A DNA stretch of 64,000 nt, taken from Euprymna scolopes (Eukaryota). Position 1 is the stretch's first letter. Each line of letters starts with the position of its first letter. The notes beneath the pieces were generated by a model. It was not told the origin of the DNA. It made no database searches and saw only the letters and a list, made by a program, of their open reading frames with translations. Location of the stretch: NCBI GenBank assembly GCA_053919585.1, contig CM132796.1; one strand, written 5' to 3'. A program made the translations under genes and the position numbers. Positions 12,487 to 25,994 of the stretch are shown here, one piece after another.

Positions 12487-12739
12487 TATCTCGTCGAACT
12501 CGGGAATGTTTCTGTCGAACTCTGGGTTTAGACAGGATTTCGAATGGAACCCTTTATTTACTTCATGGGGGGGGGTAGCAGGGCAGCATGCTGTTATTCC
12601 CTCGGCCGTGACCGGATAGCGATCCTAAGTCATTCGCAATTGTATTTTTCGGTCGCTTACACTGAGTATTGAACCAAACCCTCGATTATAACAGTAATCT
12701 GAATAACCTGAATAGTAGAACTTATCTTTTTTATTATTA

Positions 12740-13078
12740 TTAAATTTTCACCTCAAACAAGGCACAGTGCCACTTTGAAGTAGGGGAATCCGATCGGGAA
12801 CATAAGTTGCCGGGATATTATAAAAGGAAATGGCCAGCAAGTTGTCTGTTCACATTACACTTGAACTTCTGCATGCCAGTACAGTTGAGAAAGCTGGGGA
12901 AGAAACTCTCGGAGTAGAAGGCTTTCTTACACTTAGGGATCTCTACTGTGTAGGGTGGGATTAAGCTGCTTGTAGGCCGAGTCGGGGGTATTTACGTCGA
13001 GAGGGTACAAGTGCTTGTAGTTCGTCAGATCATTCAGCATTAAAATACTTGTAGAACAAGCAGAGGGATGCAACATTA
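12740..13078 (-). mobile_element. CR1/Jockey-group LINE 3' fragment
   Basis: Reverse complement matches 51540-51805 (gcatccctctgcttgttctacaagtattttaatg; gcatgcagaagttcaagtgt). Confidence 0.75.
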
Positions 13079-13865
13079 TATATGCTCATCTAAAAATATA
13101 AGAAACCTAACTTGTGTAGTCTGACAAAAACAAGACGAACATAATTAACCGATTTAACTCGACTTCCTTATTTGATTAATAATCATTGTTACTATTGTAA
13201 TTTAATTTTCCTTCTCTCTGCTGCCTGATTTGTTAATAATTTAAATCTCTGTTTCGTTTATGGTTTAACAATTTGCATCTCTCTCACTTCTTTCTTTAAT
13301 CGCGTTTCTTTTCCTTTTTTTAATATTTCGAAAACCCGCCATTGTCAGGATGCTGAATCTCGGTTGACAACAGCAGGAAGGGAGGCGTAACTTTATCTCT
13401 ACTTTGTCACGAAGTGAACTTTGAGCGTGATCTTCGACAAGATTCTAGCCATCGCTGCCCTTCGTTAAGCTCTGTGCAACAACAGCCAGTAAAATGTCAA
13501 GCGTCTTCTAATTATTGTTTGAGTCACTGACACCGCTTATGTCACGGAGAAAATTATGTAGAAGCAGCCACAAAGCCTAACACAATAACCACATTACAAC
13601 AAGTAAAAAGATGAATAAAAAATGAATGGAAAAAATGTGTACATGGTTTGGTCATTCTAAGATGTGCCTTCGCGTCGCAATAACAGCTCCGTCGGTTTAG
13701 TTAAATGGAGACATCTTATTTTTTATGCATCTAAACATTTCTACAAGAGGCACTGGTCGTTGGACATTTATCATTCTAAATGCTGCAATACTATTTTATT
13801 ACATTTGACGTTGAAAATGTAGGAACATTTGTCTGGAAACAAGTAAAGGACGTGTAACATGCAAA

Positions 13866-14545
13866 TCTATATATCTATATATGTACAAAAGTGAACATAT
13901 GTGTGTGTGTCTGTCTGTGTACAGTTCTCTACTAAATAACTCTGGCAATTTTCGGGCTACAGACTCGAAAGTTGACATATGGGGCATTGAGATTTGGGAA
14001 AATCTTTTAAATCGGGTTTCGACTAGAAATTTTGCAGGTTAAATGTATGCATGTAAATATGTCTGCCTACAACTTTCGAAAATGCAGCGGATTTTTACGA
14101 GATCGCTACCATTTTGAGGGTCGACCCTTTGGACGACAAATATTGCAAAATTGGTCAAAAACATTAACCCCTTCACCTTCAAGTAGTGTTTTTCGCTGAT
14201 ATTTTCGAAAGTCATCACCTTTTTTCGATTGTCTATACTTAATTTTAACATATGTCACTTCCGGTTTAACGATGAGCGCAAAAGCTAACGCGCCACTTTT
14301 TTTTTACTTTCTTTTCCTCGTTCGCGGTACGGATTCGAGCGTGTCTGCCTATTACCACTTTTTTGCGCTCCAAATTTTCCTTTTTTGTTTTTTTTGGGCT
14401 CAACCAACACCCTTACACACACCTTTACTTTCTTTTCTACCTTCGCGTCACGGGTTCGAGCCTGCCTGCCTTCTACAACTTTTTTTTATTATTTTGCTCA
14501 ACATACACTTACAAACACCCGGACAACGCCGGGCACCCAGGTTAT
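13866..14545 (+). mobile_element. Non-autonomous Helitron-like element, family A
   Basis: 5' a|TCtatatatc, (gtct/gt)n tract, aataactctggcaattttcgggctacagactcgaaa core, 3' hairpin cccggacaacgccggg; homologous to copies at 16748, 25995 and 26421. Confidence 0.7.
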
Positions 14546-15307
14546 TAAACAATTAAAGCCAAAATATATAGGTTAAAAACAATTAAAATATAGTATACTT
14601 GCATAAATAAAAGAAATACACCAATAAAATTATAATAAATAGTAAAACATTATATACTAGCAAAAATGATATATAATAAAATATAGTCGGAAAAATTAAA
14701 AAAAAATAAACATATGATGTGCTAGGAAATATAGTAATACATACTAACAAAAAAATGATAATAAAAAATATAATAGTCTAACAAAAAATAAAAGATAATT
14801 GATAACATGAAAATCAAAATTCAATATACAAGCAAAAATAAAAATATAATATATAAGCGATAAAATATTTATAACTAAAAATATAATACAAGCAAAAAAG
14901 TAATATACTAGAAAAACGAAATACTAAAGGTTTAACATACTAGAAATAATAAACAAAATATATAAATATTAAATAAAATATATAAATAGCAAATAAAAAT
15001 ATAGAAAAAAATTGTGAAAAATTATATAATATACTAGCTGAAATATAATTATATGATTACATATACTAATAAATAATGGTAAGTAATTAATACATTATAT
15101 ACTAGCAAAGCAAAAATAATAAACAATAAAATATACAACGAAAATAATAAAAATATCCTAGCAAAAACAATAAAAAAATCATATACTAATATTAATATAA
15201 TAAATAATAAAAATATACAAACAAAAATAGTAAATCATGAAAATAAAATATACTTGGAAAAATAATAAGTAAAATATAGAAGCAAAAATAAAAAATATCA
15301 TATACTA

Positions 15308-16582
15308 CGAGGGGCGTGAAATAAGTAATGCCACTGACCCACTTCCAGTTGTCTGATTTGACTGAAATTTTTCATGTGCAATGATTTATATTTATAGGGG
15401 TTATGTGGCAAATTACAGCTCTGAATTCATTGTGGTATCTGTTTTACAGGTGTTTGAACGGAGCCAGGTGAAAAATGGAGTCTGTTGAATGTCGAGCAGT
15501 AATCCGGTGTTTGTATTTGAAAGGTCGCACACCACAGGAGACTTTTGCTGAAATGAAAGAAACTTATGGTGATAATGCCCCATCATATGATTTTGTAAAA
15601 CGCTGGCATTGTGAATTCAAACATGGCCGGAAGTCTGGTCGCTCCCCTTCTGCCATTGATGAGGCATCTGTCCGTCAAGCTGAGGCTGCCATTTTGAGAG
15701 ATCGGCGCATTACTATTCGCTAAATAGCCCAAGATATCAAGATTAGTACATGATCTGTGGAAACTATCATTCATGAAAATTTGCATATTCATAAGGTGTC
15801 TGCCAGATGGATTCCCAGGTTGCTCACACCATTCCAGAAGCGAGAACGCGTCGTGTGGTCGATGATGAATTTAGAGATGTGCCAAGAAGATGAGCCAATT
15901 TCTTCAAAAGACTGATTATACAGGATGAAACCTGGCTTCATCACTATAATCCAGATACCAAAGCCTAGTCAATGCAGTGGAAGCACTTGGGCTCACCACC
16001 TTCAAAGAAAGCAAGGATGCAGTCCTCCGCTGGCAAGGTCATGCTCACCGTCTTCTAGGATCAGGACGGAGTAGTGATGATAGATTTCCTGGCAAAGGGT
16101 ACCACAATTACAGAAGCCTATTATGCTTCACTTTTGATGAAATTATTGGAAGCTATCAAAATCAAGAGGCGGTGCAAGATCAGCAAAGGTACCCTCATCC
16201 TGTAGGACAACGCTCCAGTCCACAAATCGCATGTCGCCAGATCAGAAGCACAGGCATGTGCTTATGAAATCCGCCTCCATCCTCCCTACTCTCCTGACCT
16301 TGCACCCTCTAACTTTCACCTTTTCCCAGCCAGCCATGAAGTTGTTTTTAGAAAGGAAAGCGTTTCCCAGATGATGCAGCCTTGATTTCTAAAGTCACGT
16401 CGTGGTTGGAGGACCAACCTAGGGTGTTCTACAAAAACGGTCTCCAGAGCTGCATCAAACGATGGGAGAAATGCATAACTGTGGGTGATTCATATGCAGA
16501 GAAAGACTAATAACTGTTCCAAGTTTCGTTGCTCTACTGCTATAGGAATTGGGTCAGGGGCATTATTATTACACGCCCATCG
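15308..16582 (+). mobile_element. Full-length mariner DNA transposon (1275 bp)
   Basis: TA target duplications at 15306-7 and 16583-4; TIRs cgaggggcgtgaaataagtaatgccactgaccca / tgggtcaggggcattattattacacgcccatcg. Confidence 0.95.
15475..16510 (+). pseudogene. Mariner transposase pseudogene (stops and frameshifts)
   Basis: HTH N-terminus, WIPRLLT, DETWLHHYNP, DNAPVH, HPPYSPDLAPSNFHLFP. Confidence 0.93.
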
Positions 16583-16747
16583 TAGCAGCAATACTAATAA
16601 AGAAATACACTATCACAAATTATAATAAATAAAACATATACTAGCAAAAATAACAATATATAAAAATATACTTGCAAAAAATGATGCCAATAAAATATTA
16701 TATACTAGCCAAAAATATACTTACATAAATTGTAAAATAAAAATAAT

Positions 16748-17100
16748 CTATATATCTATAACAGTGAAATAGTCTATGTATCTGTCTGTGTGTGTGCATT
16801 TTCCTACCAAATTACGCGCTCAATTTTCAGTCTATAGACTCGAGATTTGACATAAGGAGTATAAAGATGTGGGGAAAACTTTTTAATTGGTTTTCAGCCA
16901 GAAATTTGTCTGTCAAAGGGTCAAAGTTCAACGATTTGACCTTTGAAAACTCTACCAAACTCCTCCGACAATTTTGGGCCTAAAATCTTGAAATTTTTAG
17001 GTTACATTTGCATGGATCAAACATTTTAACTTGATTTTAGACCAAAACAATATACGTTAAGGGGTCCAAATTGCGGTCAATTAAAAATAAATGACCTCTT
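16748..17100 (+). mobile_element. Non-autonomous Helitron-like element, family A, 3'-truncated
   Basis: TCtatatatctataac start; homologous to 25995-26420 (aaagttcaacgatttgacctttgaaaactctaccaaactcctccgacaatt). Confidence 0.7.
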
Positions 17101-17619
17101 CGGTCTCTACGCTTTAGTATAGTTTTTTTTTTCATAGATATATTTTAATGCTATGGTTTATACACGTATTGCACGCTGTTAATTTTCGTCATCGTTGGGG
17201 AACTCGGATACGAGTATACGCTTTTTTCATTGAGACTTCCTACGGTGCCAAACGAGTCCTATCTTTACACAGAAGAAGCGGCTACAGTAAATATTTTAAG
17301 GGTTCACATGTTGCTGTGCTCCAACTATTCTGTATTTCTTTTTGTATCGTATTTTGTTTTCTGTTGCTTTCAAAAATGTTGGTATTTTCATATGTTGTTG
17401 TTCTTCACCTCTTTTTGTTGGATACATTAACTACCCAGTTGTTTGTGTCAGTTTTAGTCGCCTAAAAGATTAATTTTAGGTGATCTTTAAAGCGACATTT
17501 TAATGATCCACGTGATCTGGTTTGAATGATCTTCATCGTACAGTATATCGATACTCAATATCTGACTGTGATAGTTTCTATATATAGATTATATCAGATC
17601 TCCCTCTGCGTTTCATGTT

Positions 17620-20600
17620 TAAAATGAATGTATCTTCTACAGTATCAAACCTGACGGGATGGTTAATTGTATGTATAGACCGTTTCATACACCCAAAAAT
17701 GTTCCAGCAAAAGCCTAACAGCCAGCCGTAGTTCTCTCCAGAATGTGCTTCTTCCATTGCACGTAGAAATCACTTTTTCCATTGCTGCCAACGTAACAGA
17801 TGTTCTGAGATTAAAGCCGCCTTAAGGTCCGCCAGCAACTTCTTTTAAAAAAAGTAATAAACAATGCGAGAGAGTTGTATGCTCTGTCCGTCAAGACCAA
17901 AGTGTGACCTTACACGTGACCTTACACGACCTTAAACCTCTGATCGCGGCCCAGTTATGATCTGCAACCTGGTCGGTACAGTTATGATCTTAACCTTGGT
18001 CGATGCCCAATTATGACTATCCTAGTCACCGGGTAATTAATTATGTCGACTGGGCAACCAGGTCTGCCAACCGTTAGTACGTCGCGTCACCCAGTGAGTC
18101 CTTGTCAAGGCGTAGGAGGACTCTTCTCGGTTGCACGGTCCTCAAGGCCTATTCTTCTTGATCGTCTAGTTGGTCGTCCTGTTGACTGGGTGTTCGTTGA
18201 CGGGAACGGGGTCACAAGTGGCAATTAAAAGAAATAAAGTTACATGGAACAACAGCACATCAGCAACAAACTCCGGAGGTTGGTTGATATATAATGTATT
18301 TAGGAAATTCATAAACGATTATCTACAGACGTATGTACAATTGAAGATTAAATGCAAGCAAGCAATTAGATTTGTGAATGAGCTTCTTGTTGTTGAAATA
18401 CTCGGTCGGAGTCGCGGACCGTTGTAATTATCGTTAAGGTGTTCTGGCTGGTCTCTTCCTAGGTCCTCTGAATTCTATAAAGTTGCAAATTGAGCTCTCT
18501 GGCGACCAGCGAGGGGGAGAGAGAAGTTGGGTGGCTGGATTCCTCTACCGAGACCTTTATCTCTGTCGCTCCAAAGATCTCTCTCTCTCTCTCTCTGTCT
18601 TCTCTCTTCTTCTATCTGATTAAATCGAGTTTTACAGATCTTATATAGTAAAACCCTTGAATAATGACGACGCTAACGTTCGTCTTCGACCAATCAAATT
18701 GATTGATAACAATCCACCTGATTCCTTCTCATTGGTCAATTTGGCTTGTGGCAGGTATTATTTTTCCGCCCCCAATTTCCAAAATCAAATTGACTCCTCC
18801 CCAACTTGCCTTACCCCGCCTTCTCGATAATGTTTTTTTTCCATATCATCAACTGATAATCAGAGGAAATATTAGTTTTAGCTTGTAATAGATCACCATT
18901 TTTCATCTATTTAAAAATATCCGTTTGATCTCCTTTCCTCTTTGAACTATTTGTTTTGTAAAAACATCCGTGTGATTTAAAAAATAATATTCTTTACATG
19001 TCAGAATTCCCATTAGCGCCCAAAACGATTTGCCAAGTGACCTTTTTAGATAAGTCATAATTGGAAATAAACACTGGCTTGCTTTTGAAGTCCTTTGTGC
19101 ATCGGCAGGTTGAGTATTTCCCTAAAATATTCTATTTACGCCCAAAACATATTATCATTCTGAAGTTTCTCTGATAATACATATTAAAAAACAATTCATG
19201 TCGAACCTTGGGCTGACGTCATTAATTCTTTTATCAGGCCCGATCTGTTTCGTGTGTGTGTGTGTGTGTTTCTCAGATCAAAAACGATCCGACATTTCAC
19301 CTGTCAAACACCACATTTCAAGCCGACCAACATTTCAAATCTCTGTTTCGGAATACTATTGTGTTAGCTCGTTTAGTTCAAATGCGAGCGTATTTTGGTT
19401 AAAAATGTTTTAAGTAATCTTTCGCTTTGAAGTTTAGCATGCGATTTCTATTTTTATCCCCCGACCGTATGATATTTCAACAACAAGCTTTTGACCCATA
19501 AAAATATTAACTAAAAATAAAATAATTTTATTTTCTGTAACCGGCGTTCGCCCGGGATTGAATATTACATTTAACACAAAAAACGTCACATCGACCCTAC
19601 TGATCTGATGTGGCCCCTCTTTGGTGTTACAAAAGTAGCTGAAATGCGGCCAGGGTCCCATCAGGTTTGGCAAATAGAAAACAGAATCCAGAGCAGAAGT
19701 GCGTACTCTATCCCAACTATCATCAATGGATCTGAGGTAATCTCGTCAGCATCAGACAAAGCCAAACTCTTTGCCAAGATCTTTGCAGCTAATTCTACCC
19801 TTTATGACCAAGGCCACTAACCCCCGGTATTTCCTCCTATATCTTAAATCACGATATGCGACATACAAATATCTGTACGTGATGTTGCCAAGCTAATCAA
19901 AACCTTGATTCCAGTAAAGAAGCTGGCCCTGACGGCATTGCAATTATAGTGTTCGAAAAGCTTCAACCATAACTAGCGCCCATACTAAGTTATTTAAGCG
20001 TTGTCTTAAGGAAAAATGCTTCCTAACACCTTTGAAAATCTCATCACTATGCCCTGTATTTAAGAATCCAAGTGATAGATCAACTCCCTCTCAGTACAGA
20101 CCAATACGTCTCCTGTGAATCATGAGTAAGCTGCTGTAATCCGTGTTAAATAGAGAAGTAGTCAACCATCTCAGCAAACACAACCTTCTTAGTTACGTGA
20201 AATATGGTTTCCGTTCTGCTAGATATACAGCAGACGTGCTCACAGTTATATCTCATAGGATTAGCGAATCTCTCGACGGAGGCTTTCTCTCAAGGGCAAT
20301 CGCTCTTGACATATAAACAGGCCTTTGATAAGCTATGGCATAATGGATTACTTAACAAGATATGTCTTCTCAATTATTAAATAATTTCTCTGATAGGTTC
20401 ATAAGAGTAGTGGTTGATGGGTAGAAATCAGAAGCTCTCAGTATTAATGCTGGAGTCCCTCAAAGGTCCATCCTGAGCCCAACTCTCTTCCTGATCTACA
20501 TAAATGATCTTCCAAATCACATCCTTACATCATTCGTAGACATTTATGCTGACGACAATACAATCTATGGTAGCACAACAAAGACTATAAACAACCAAGT

Positions 20601-20730
20601 TCTCTCTGATTCTCTTTCCTCTAATCTTAGGCACGTGGTACAATGGGAAAAGACGTGACTGGTTACTTTTAATGCATCCAAAACCAAGCTTCTATCTCTA
20701 CACCATCTATGAATACCTCTTGCCGTGCGT
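17620..20730 (+). mobile_element. CR1/Jockey-group LINE ORF2 (RT) relic, split by a solo LTR
   Basis: RT motifs GPDGI, YRPIRLL, YGFRSAR, AFDKLWH, GVPQ..ILSPTLFLIYINDL and YADD. The frame ...VKTK|VAEMRPGS joins across the insertion. Confidence 0.88.
17903..19631. mobile_element. Solo LTR (1729 bp), Gypsy-like 4-bp TSD
   Basis: TGTGAC...GTTACA termini flanked by aaag duplication (17899-17902, 19632-19635); non-coding interior. Confidence 0.8.
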
Positions 20731-21102
20731 TCTGTTTTCACTTGTTATGGTACCAGCCGCCAAAAAAAAAAAAATCATCTTTTATAGAAATAAAACAAGC
20801 TGAAATACTCATTCTAGAATAGTGTCTATTATTAGAAATATGGCGTCTTTTAATAACTTTAAGGAATTGTCTGCCTACATACTAGGAATCAATTTATATA
20901 TTATTATAGTAAAACTTCCGGAAGGAAAGAAAAATTGCAGGGAAACCCCAACTGAAGTTATAAACTTATGTAAACATGCGCTGCGCACAATGTGTTGCTG
21001 CTTCATACAAATAGTAGACGTTGCAAGCATAATTTAATTAAAATGCAAATTTTTAAATAAATATTTTTGAATATAGCTTTTTGTTTCCATAACCTTTTAG
21101 AT

Positions 21103-21870
21103 TGTAGTATTAGTAACGTAAAGTCGGAAGAGTTTAAAATCTATCCTTAAAAAAGGTTTCCTTTAAAGATTTTAAAGTGGTCTTCAATTTTTGATCAGCA
21201 GTGTAATTAAAATATCGGCTTGTGTAGAAATTTTATTTTCCGCCTTCTGTCTTTCTTTCTCACTCACTCCCCTTCTTCTTTACCCCCTTTCTTGGTGTAT
21301 CTTGTGCTGCTACTGCTTGTTATATCACGTGTTGAGATGTGTGCGTCATTTTGTTGGAAGTTTTGAACACGAATAAGAAGTCGGCTCGCTATCCCGCGTC
21401 AAGAGAAAAGACGTTAAAAGAAATCAGTGGTTTGGTTTCTTTTTCTTCAATCGGGATTCATCAAGGAAGACGACACAGAATTAGTCAGAAAAGACTGTTT
21501 AAAAAATCAGTTGTAAACGAAATTACAACGACCTCTTCACGAGGAAGAAAGAACTATTTTAAGGCCTAGAATTGGTCTTGTAAAAAAAGAATACTAACTC
21601 CAGTGAGCCGTTAAAATTCACGTCAAAAGGAACTAATAAATCTTCTATAGAAATACATTACACCACAGAAGATTTGGATTATTTTCTTAGATTACAGAAC
21701 CAAGAGGGTTTAAATTTGCTCGAATGAGAACAATTAAGTTAATGGCGCAAAGGAGATAATTTACATACACCCTCTTTAAAAAAGATTAAGTGTTGACGTG
21801 TTTTATTTAAGTTCTTTGACACGCAGTAAGCCCTGACTACACCTATATTCTTACCCCTACTATCCCTTAC
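21103..21870 (+). mobile_element. Possible degenerate solo LTR
   Basis: tgtag...ttaca termini and non-coding interior; the flanking duplication is imperfect. Confidence 0.25.
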
Positions 21871-22089
21871 AATATTGTTAATGGAGTTCTTTGAGAACCG
21901 CCAGAGGAACTAATTTGGCAGACACTGTTATTGGTGAACATAAAACTGATTATCTCTTTCCCTATTTACCTTTCCATTTATTAAAAAAAAACTGTTAATC
22001 GTAGTATTCTTTCGCTTTTTTCCTTCTTGTTATGCAATGGGATAACCTTCATTGGACGTCATGATAAAATTCCCGTTACTTAGAAAGAC

Positions 22090-22450
22090 GGACCTGTTAG
22101 AAGGACTTAGCACAATCAGAATTGAATTAAAAGGAGCGTGAGGATAATGGACTTGACTTAATTAGGTGATAATGTTATTCATGGATCTACAACTGACGAG
22201 TTTCAATATGCATTCAAAACAATTTATTCCGCATTATCTATAATGGGCATGTGCGAAAACACAATAAAATCTAAATTTATGACATCACTGTCCATTGACG
22301 AGTAGATAACCGACAAGGTTTGAGGTGTTGATTTAAAAGATGCGGAGACTTTTGTCTACCACAACTCCAGTGTTACCGTCTAGTCAAGGCACGGCTGAAG
22401 TCGAACAGCGCAGCAAAGTTTTACTTCGTGTGACTGCTTCGTTGCTTGTA
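22090..22450 (+). pseudogene. Highly decayed RTE-like RT fragment
   Basis: GVDLKDAETFVY resembles G..LE.VE.F.YLG; a degenerate (Y)ADD-like region lies upstream. Confidence 0.35.
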
Positions 22451-23109
22451 GAAAAGGAGAAAAACATCCTTGACAAACAATACATGTCTAATAAGTGATT
22501 ACCCAGACCATCTTTCTCTAGAGCTCCGAAACCTGACCGTGAAATAATTAACGATAATACTCTTCATAGCCCCCGGCACTTTTACCACATGGATCGACAA
22601 CCTGCTTCTGTGAACGACCTAATCTGCCGTCTTGTAACACGTCATCGCTGATTTCGTCATGTTGCCTGTAGTCAAGCAGAAAGATTAATTCGAGAATTCC
22701 TCCACTCGCCTTCTCTACGAATTGACGCAATCGTATTGGTAGGCAGCTGACATCTCTTGACCCAAATAGAAGACTTGCATGAAAGCTCGCTGAAAAACTA
22801 GTTGTATTATTGTTAAAATAAACAGAAAATTTAAATGAAAAGCGAATGCGAAGCTTTGCATCTTGTGATTACCCATCTGTCAGTAAAAAGGATTTCGCTT
22901 CACGAGTGTAGATTTTTATAGTTTAGACTGATCTACATATATAAAAAAATAATTAGCATATGTGAAGAGAAACAATTACAAGAAGCCTCTCCAACTGCCG
23001 GTATCTATGAAAAATAAATCCCTACATGAGAATTATTCCTTCAAATTTCTACGCGTAACATTCACAGGAAATATGAACTAGAACAAATGCATTGAGGACA
23101 TTACGAAAG

Positions 23110-23700
23110 CTGACGCAAGGTAGGTGGGCTCCCTCTATCGTGCTAGAAGACTACTCACACGTGAGAGAATCCTGTACCTCTACGAGGCCACCATTCACCT
23201 ATACATGGAGTATTTTTGCTACATCTGAGCTGGTGCATCTACCACTAGTCTCTCCCTCTTGGGTAGGGTGCAAAAAAAGGATCTCCAATCATATAGGTCC
23301 CACTTTGTTAACTAGGCTCCAACCCCTGTCCCATCGCCGCAATGCTGCATCCATTTGCATATTTTATAAGTATTTTAATGGAAAGTGCTCTGGGTAACTC
23401 ATTGCACTTGTGCCCACTCGATGTACATATCCCCGGCAAACCCGCTTAACAAAATCACGCCCCTTCACTGTTGAGGTTCCTAAATGCCCGAAAGTTTTCT
23501 ACTCTAATAGATTCTTCCTTAGAACGGGCTACACTGAAATTCTCTACCTGCTATCTGCTTCCCTAAACTGTACTAATATGCAGAAGTTCAAATGCAACGT
23601 AAACCAACACTTTAATCTTTCTTAAACATGGCCCCAATTAGTAGCCTCTTACGTCCAACTTGCAATATACCTTGATTGGGGTGAAAGTGAGTAAAAAACA
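23110..23700 (+). mobile_element. CR1/Jockey-group LINE 3' fragment
   Basis: LQPLSHRRNAASICIFYKYFNGKCS; ccttgattggggtga tail. Confidence 0.85.
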
Positions 23701-23859
23701 AGAAAGAAATCTGGAAAAAAGTTGAAAAGACTGATGGGAAGTTGATTTTTTAGAAAGCGGGACTGAATCGGATAAGTATTGTTTTGGGAGTTACATACCG
23801 GTTGTCCAGAATCTAAAGTGGACTTAAAATTCTGCAGAGTCTGAGACTAGCGCTGAATG

Positions 23860-24775
23860 TATAACACTGCATGACGACCGATGTTCCACTTTTTCCCGAC
23901 CCGTCTTATCGGTTATTCCTATTCTCTACATGTCCCCCACCTTATGACCGCAACACCTGTGTTTTATGGTCACTTGTTGAGACAGTTCTATATAGTTGTG
24001 AGTTGGTCCTAGCATTTGTGGAGACAATGGTGTTACTCTCATGCTGCGTCGTGGGATCGGACTCGTTAATTTGTGCCTGATAAGGTCTTGATTATATATC
24101 TCTATATACGCGTCAGATGTGTCGTCTGCCATCTGCCATCTCTACGTCATCATCCGTCTTTTCCAGGTCCATCCTCTCATTTATGTCACACGAGAATACG
24201 CTATCCTTCATTCTTGGCCTTTGGGGAGGTGATTGAAAGAGTAGTTGTATGTGGGAATACTCTAGTGTTTCATGATAGGTTGGATCTTCCGGGGAAAACA
24301 ACTGCATAGTATGATCCTGTCGCTTTCATCCAACCGTATCCGGTATTGTCTATTACCGAAGATCTCGACAACTCTCCCCAATTTTGCTCATCGTCGCGGA
24401 TATGACCCCTCCTGATTCGGCACCTGAACGGATTCGCCAACTTGAAACTTTTGGGGGGGACGGCTGTACATGTTGTGCTGTTTTTTGTTTAACACATGCC
24501 TTTTTTCTATAGCCCTTTGTCTTAATTCTTTACTTTCCATCCACTGATCGTGAATCGCAGGGAGTTGATCCCTTATTGTTCGACCATATAAAATTTCGGC
24601 TAGTGATAATCCGATGTCCTGGTGGGGCGTGTTCCTATGAGTTATCATTGTCTAAGCAACTCGCTCGTGGCGTAGGTGGCCGTAGCCATCAATGCAGTCC
24701 ATAAGCTGTTGATTGTTTATATGGCCAGTTTGGCTTGGCCATTACTTTGGGGATAATGTGCCCAGTCCCACATAG
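23860..24775 (-). mobile_element. Gypsy/Ty3 LTR retrotransposon integrase C-terminal relic
   Basis: AHYPQSNGQAKLAI, HRNTPHQDIGLSLAEILYGRTIRDQLP, FQVGESVQV; purine-rich tract near 23885-23900 on the minus strand. Confidence 0.85.
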
Positions 24776-24849
24776 AATTGTTTAGTTTAGTTTTTTTTTT
24801 CATTAAGCCGGAAAAGCGCGATTGTAAAAACATGGTAGAATGGAAAATT

Positions 24850-25390
24850 ACTGCTGCCATATCTGCTAAAACCAGCCTATCCTGCCTTGACAGAGTACAA
24901 AATAGACTTCGTGGCTTAGTGGGGAATGCCCTTTTCTCTACCCTGCAACCTCTCTCCCACAGAAGAGACGTTGCGAGCCTATCCTTGTTTTATCGTTATT
25001 TCCATGGCAGGTGCTCGTCTGAACTCCAATCTCTGGTTCCCCCTCGCCAATCTTTCACGAAAAACACCCGTCTAGCTGAATCCACTGTGAAAAATTTCCC
25101 CCACTCTTTATCTGTGCCTAAATCAAAACGTGGATTCCATGAACAAAGCTTCTTTCTTAGAACTGCACGCCTATGGAACTCTGTTCCGTCTGCCTGCTTC
25201 CCACCTGACTACAACTTGGATGTGTTCAAGTCCAACGTTAACAAATTCCTAATGAACCGCCCCCTTAAAGAAACACTTCATCAAATCTCCACACAAATGT
25301 AATGTAATTGCAATAACCCTTATCCCTGAGTGGCTTCCGGGCCTTGATAAGTGGTGACCGCTGTGTAAAAAAAACAAAAAACAAAAAAAA
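24850..25390 (+). mobile_element. CR1/Jockey-group LINE 3' end, well preserved, with A-rich tail
   Basis: LDRVQNRL...LQPLSHRRDVASLSLFYRYFHGRCSSEL...SFFLRTARLWNS; tail gagtggcttccgggccttgataagtggtgacc + poly-A. Confidence 0.92.
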
Positions 25391-25920
25391 ACAGATAAAC
25401 TGTTTTAGAACACGTTTTTAGATGCGAAAAATATATATTATTTCGTAATTAATTTCAGATTTCAAAATCCTTCACGAGAGAAGTTCTTGAGTTTTGTTGG
25501 TATTTTATTCCTCGGAAGTAAAAGTACAAACGTTCAGCCTCATCGAGGGGGCTAGCTGGTTTTGCAGTTTATCTCTTTATTCTATATTTTTTTCATTTTA
25601 AGATGCGTTTACTTGCCAACACTTTTTCAACGTCATATTCGGCCATCGTGCGCTTTCCGGCTTAATAAATAAAAACAGAAAACTAAAGAGTCCTACGTGC
25701 AATACCAGCTGACGTGACCTCGACAAAAAAACAAAAAAACAAAAACAAAAAAAAAAAACACTAAGATGGACTTTTTTCTTTTACTTCCGGAGGAGAAAAA
25801 AAAAACAAAAAAAAACGTAAGAACTCTTTCTCTGATGTGAGATTTTTAAATTTGTAATTGATTAGAAAAATAAAATAACATTTTCGCATCTGAAAGCGTG
25901 TTTTAAAACAGTTTGTCTGT
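25391..25920. mobile_element. MITE / fold-back element with long imperfect TIRs (about 130 bp)
   Basis: acagataaactgttttagaacacgtttttagatgcgaaaa...cggaagtaaaag mirrored by cttttacttccg...ttttcgcatctgaaagcgtgttttaaaacagtttgtctgt. Confidence 0.8.
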
Positions 25921-25994
25921 TTATTCTATATTTAGCAAGTCAAGACGCTTTTATGTGCCGACACTTTCAACTTAACACACACACACACACACAT

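Larger units (their letters stand above)
14560..16745. repeat. A-rich degenerate repeat (atatactagcaaaaa-like units), interrupted by the mariner
   Basis: Recurrent atatactag motif on both sides of 15308-16582. Confidence 0.7.
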
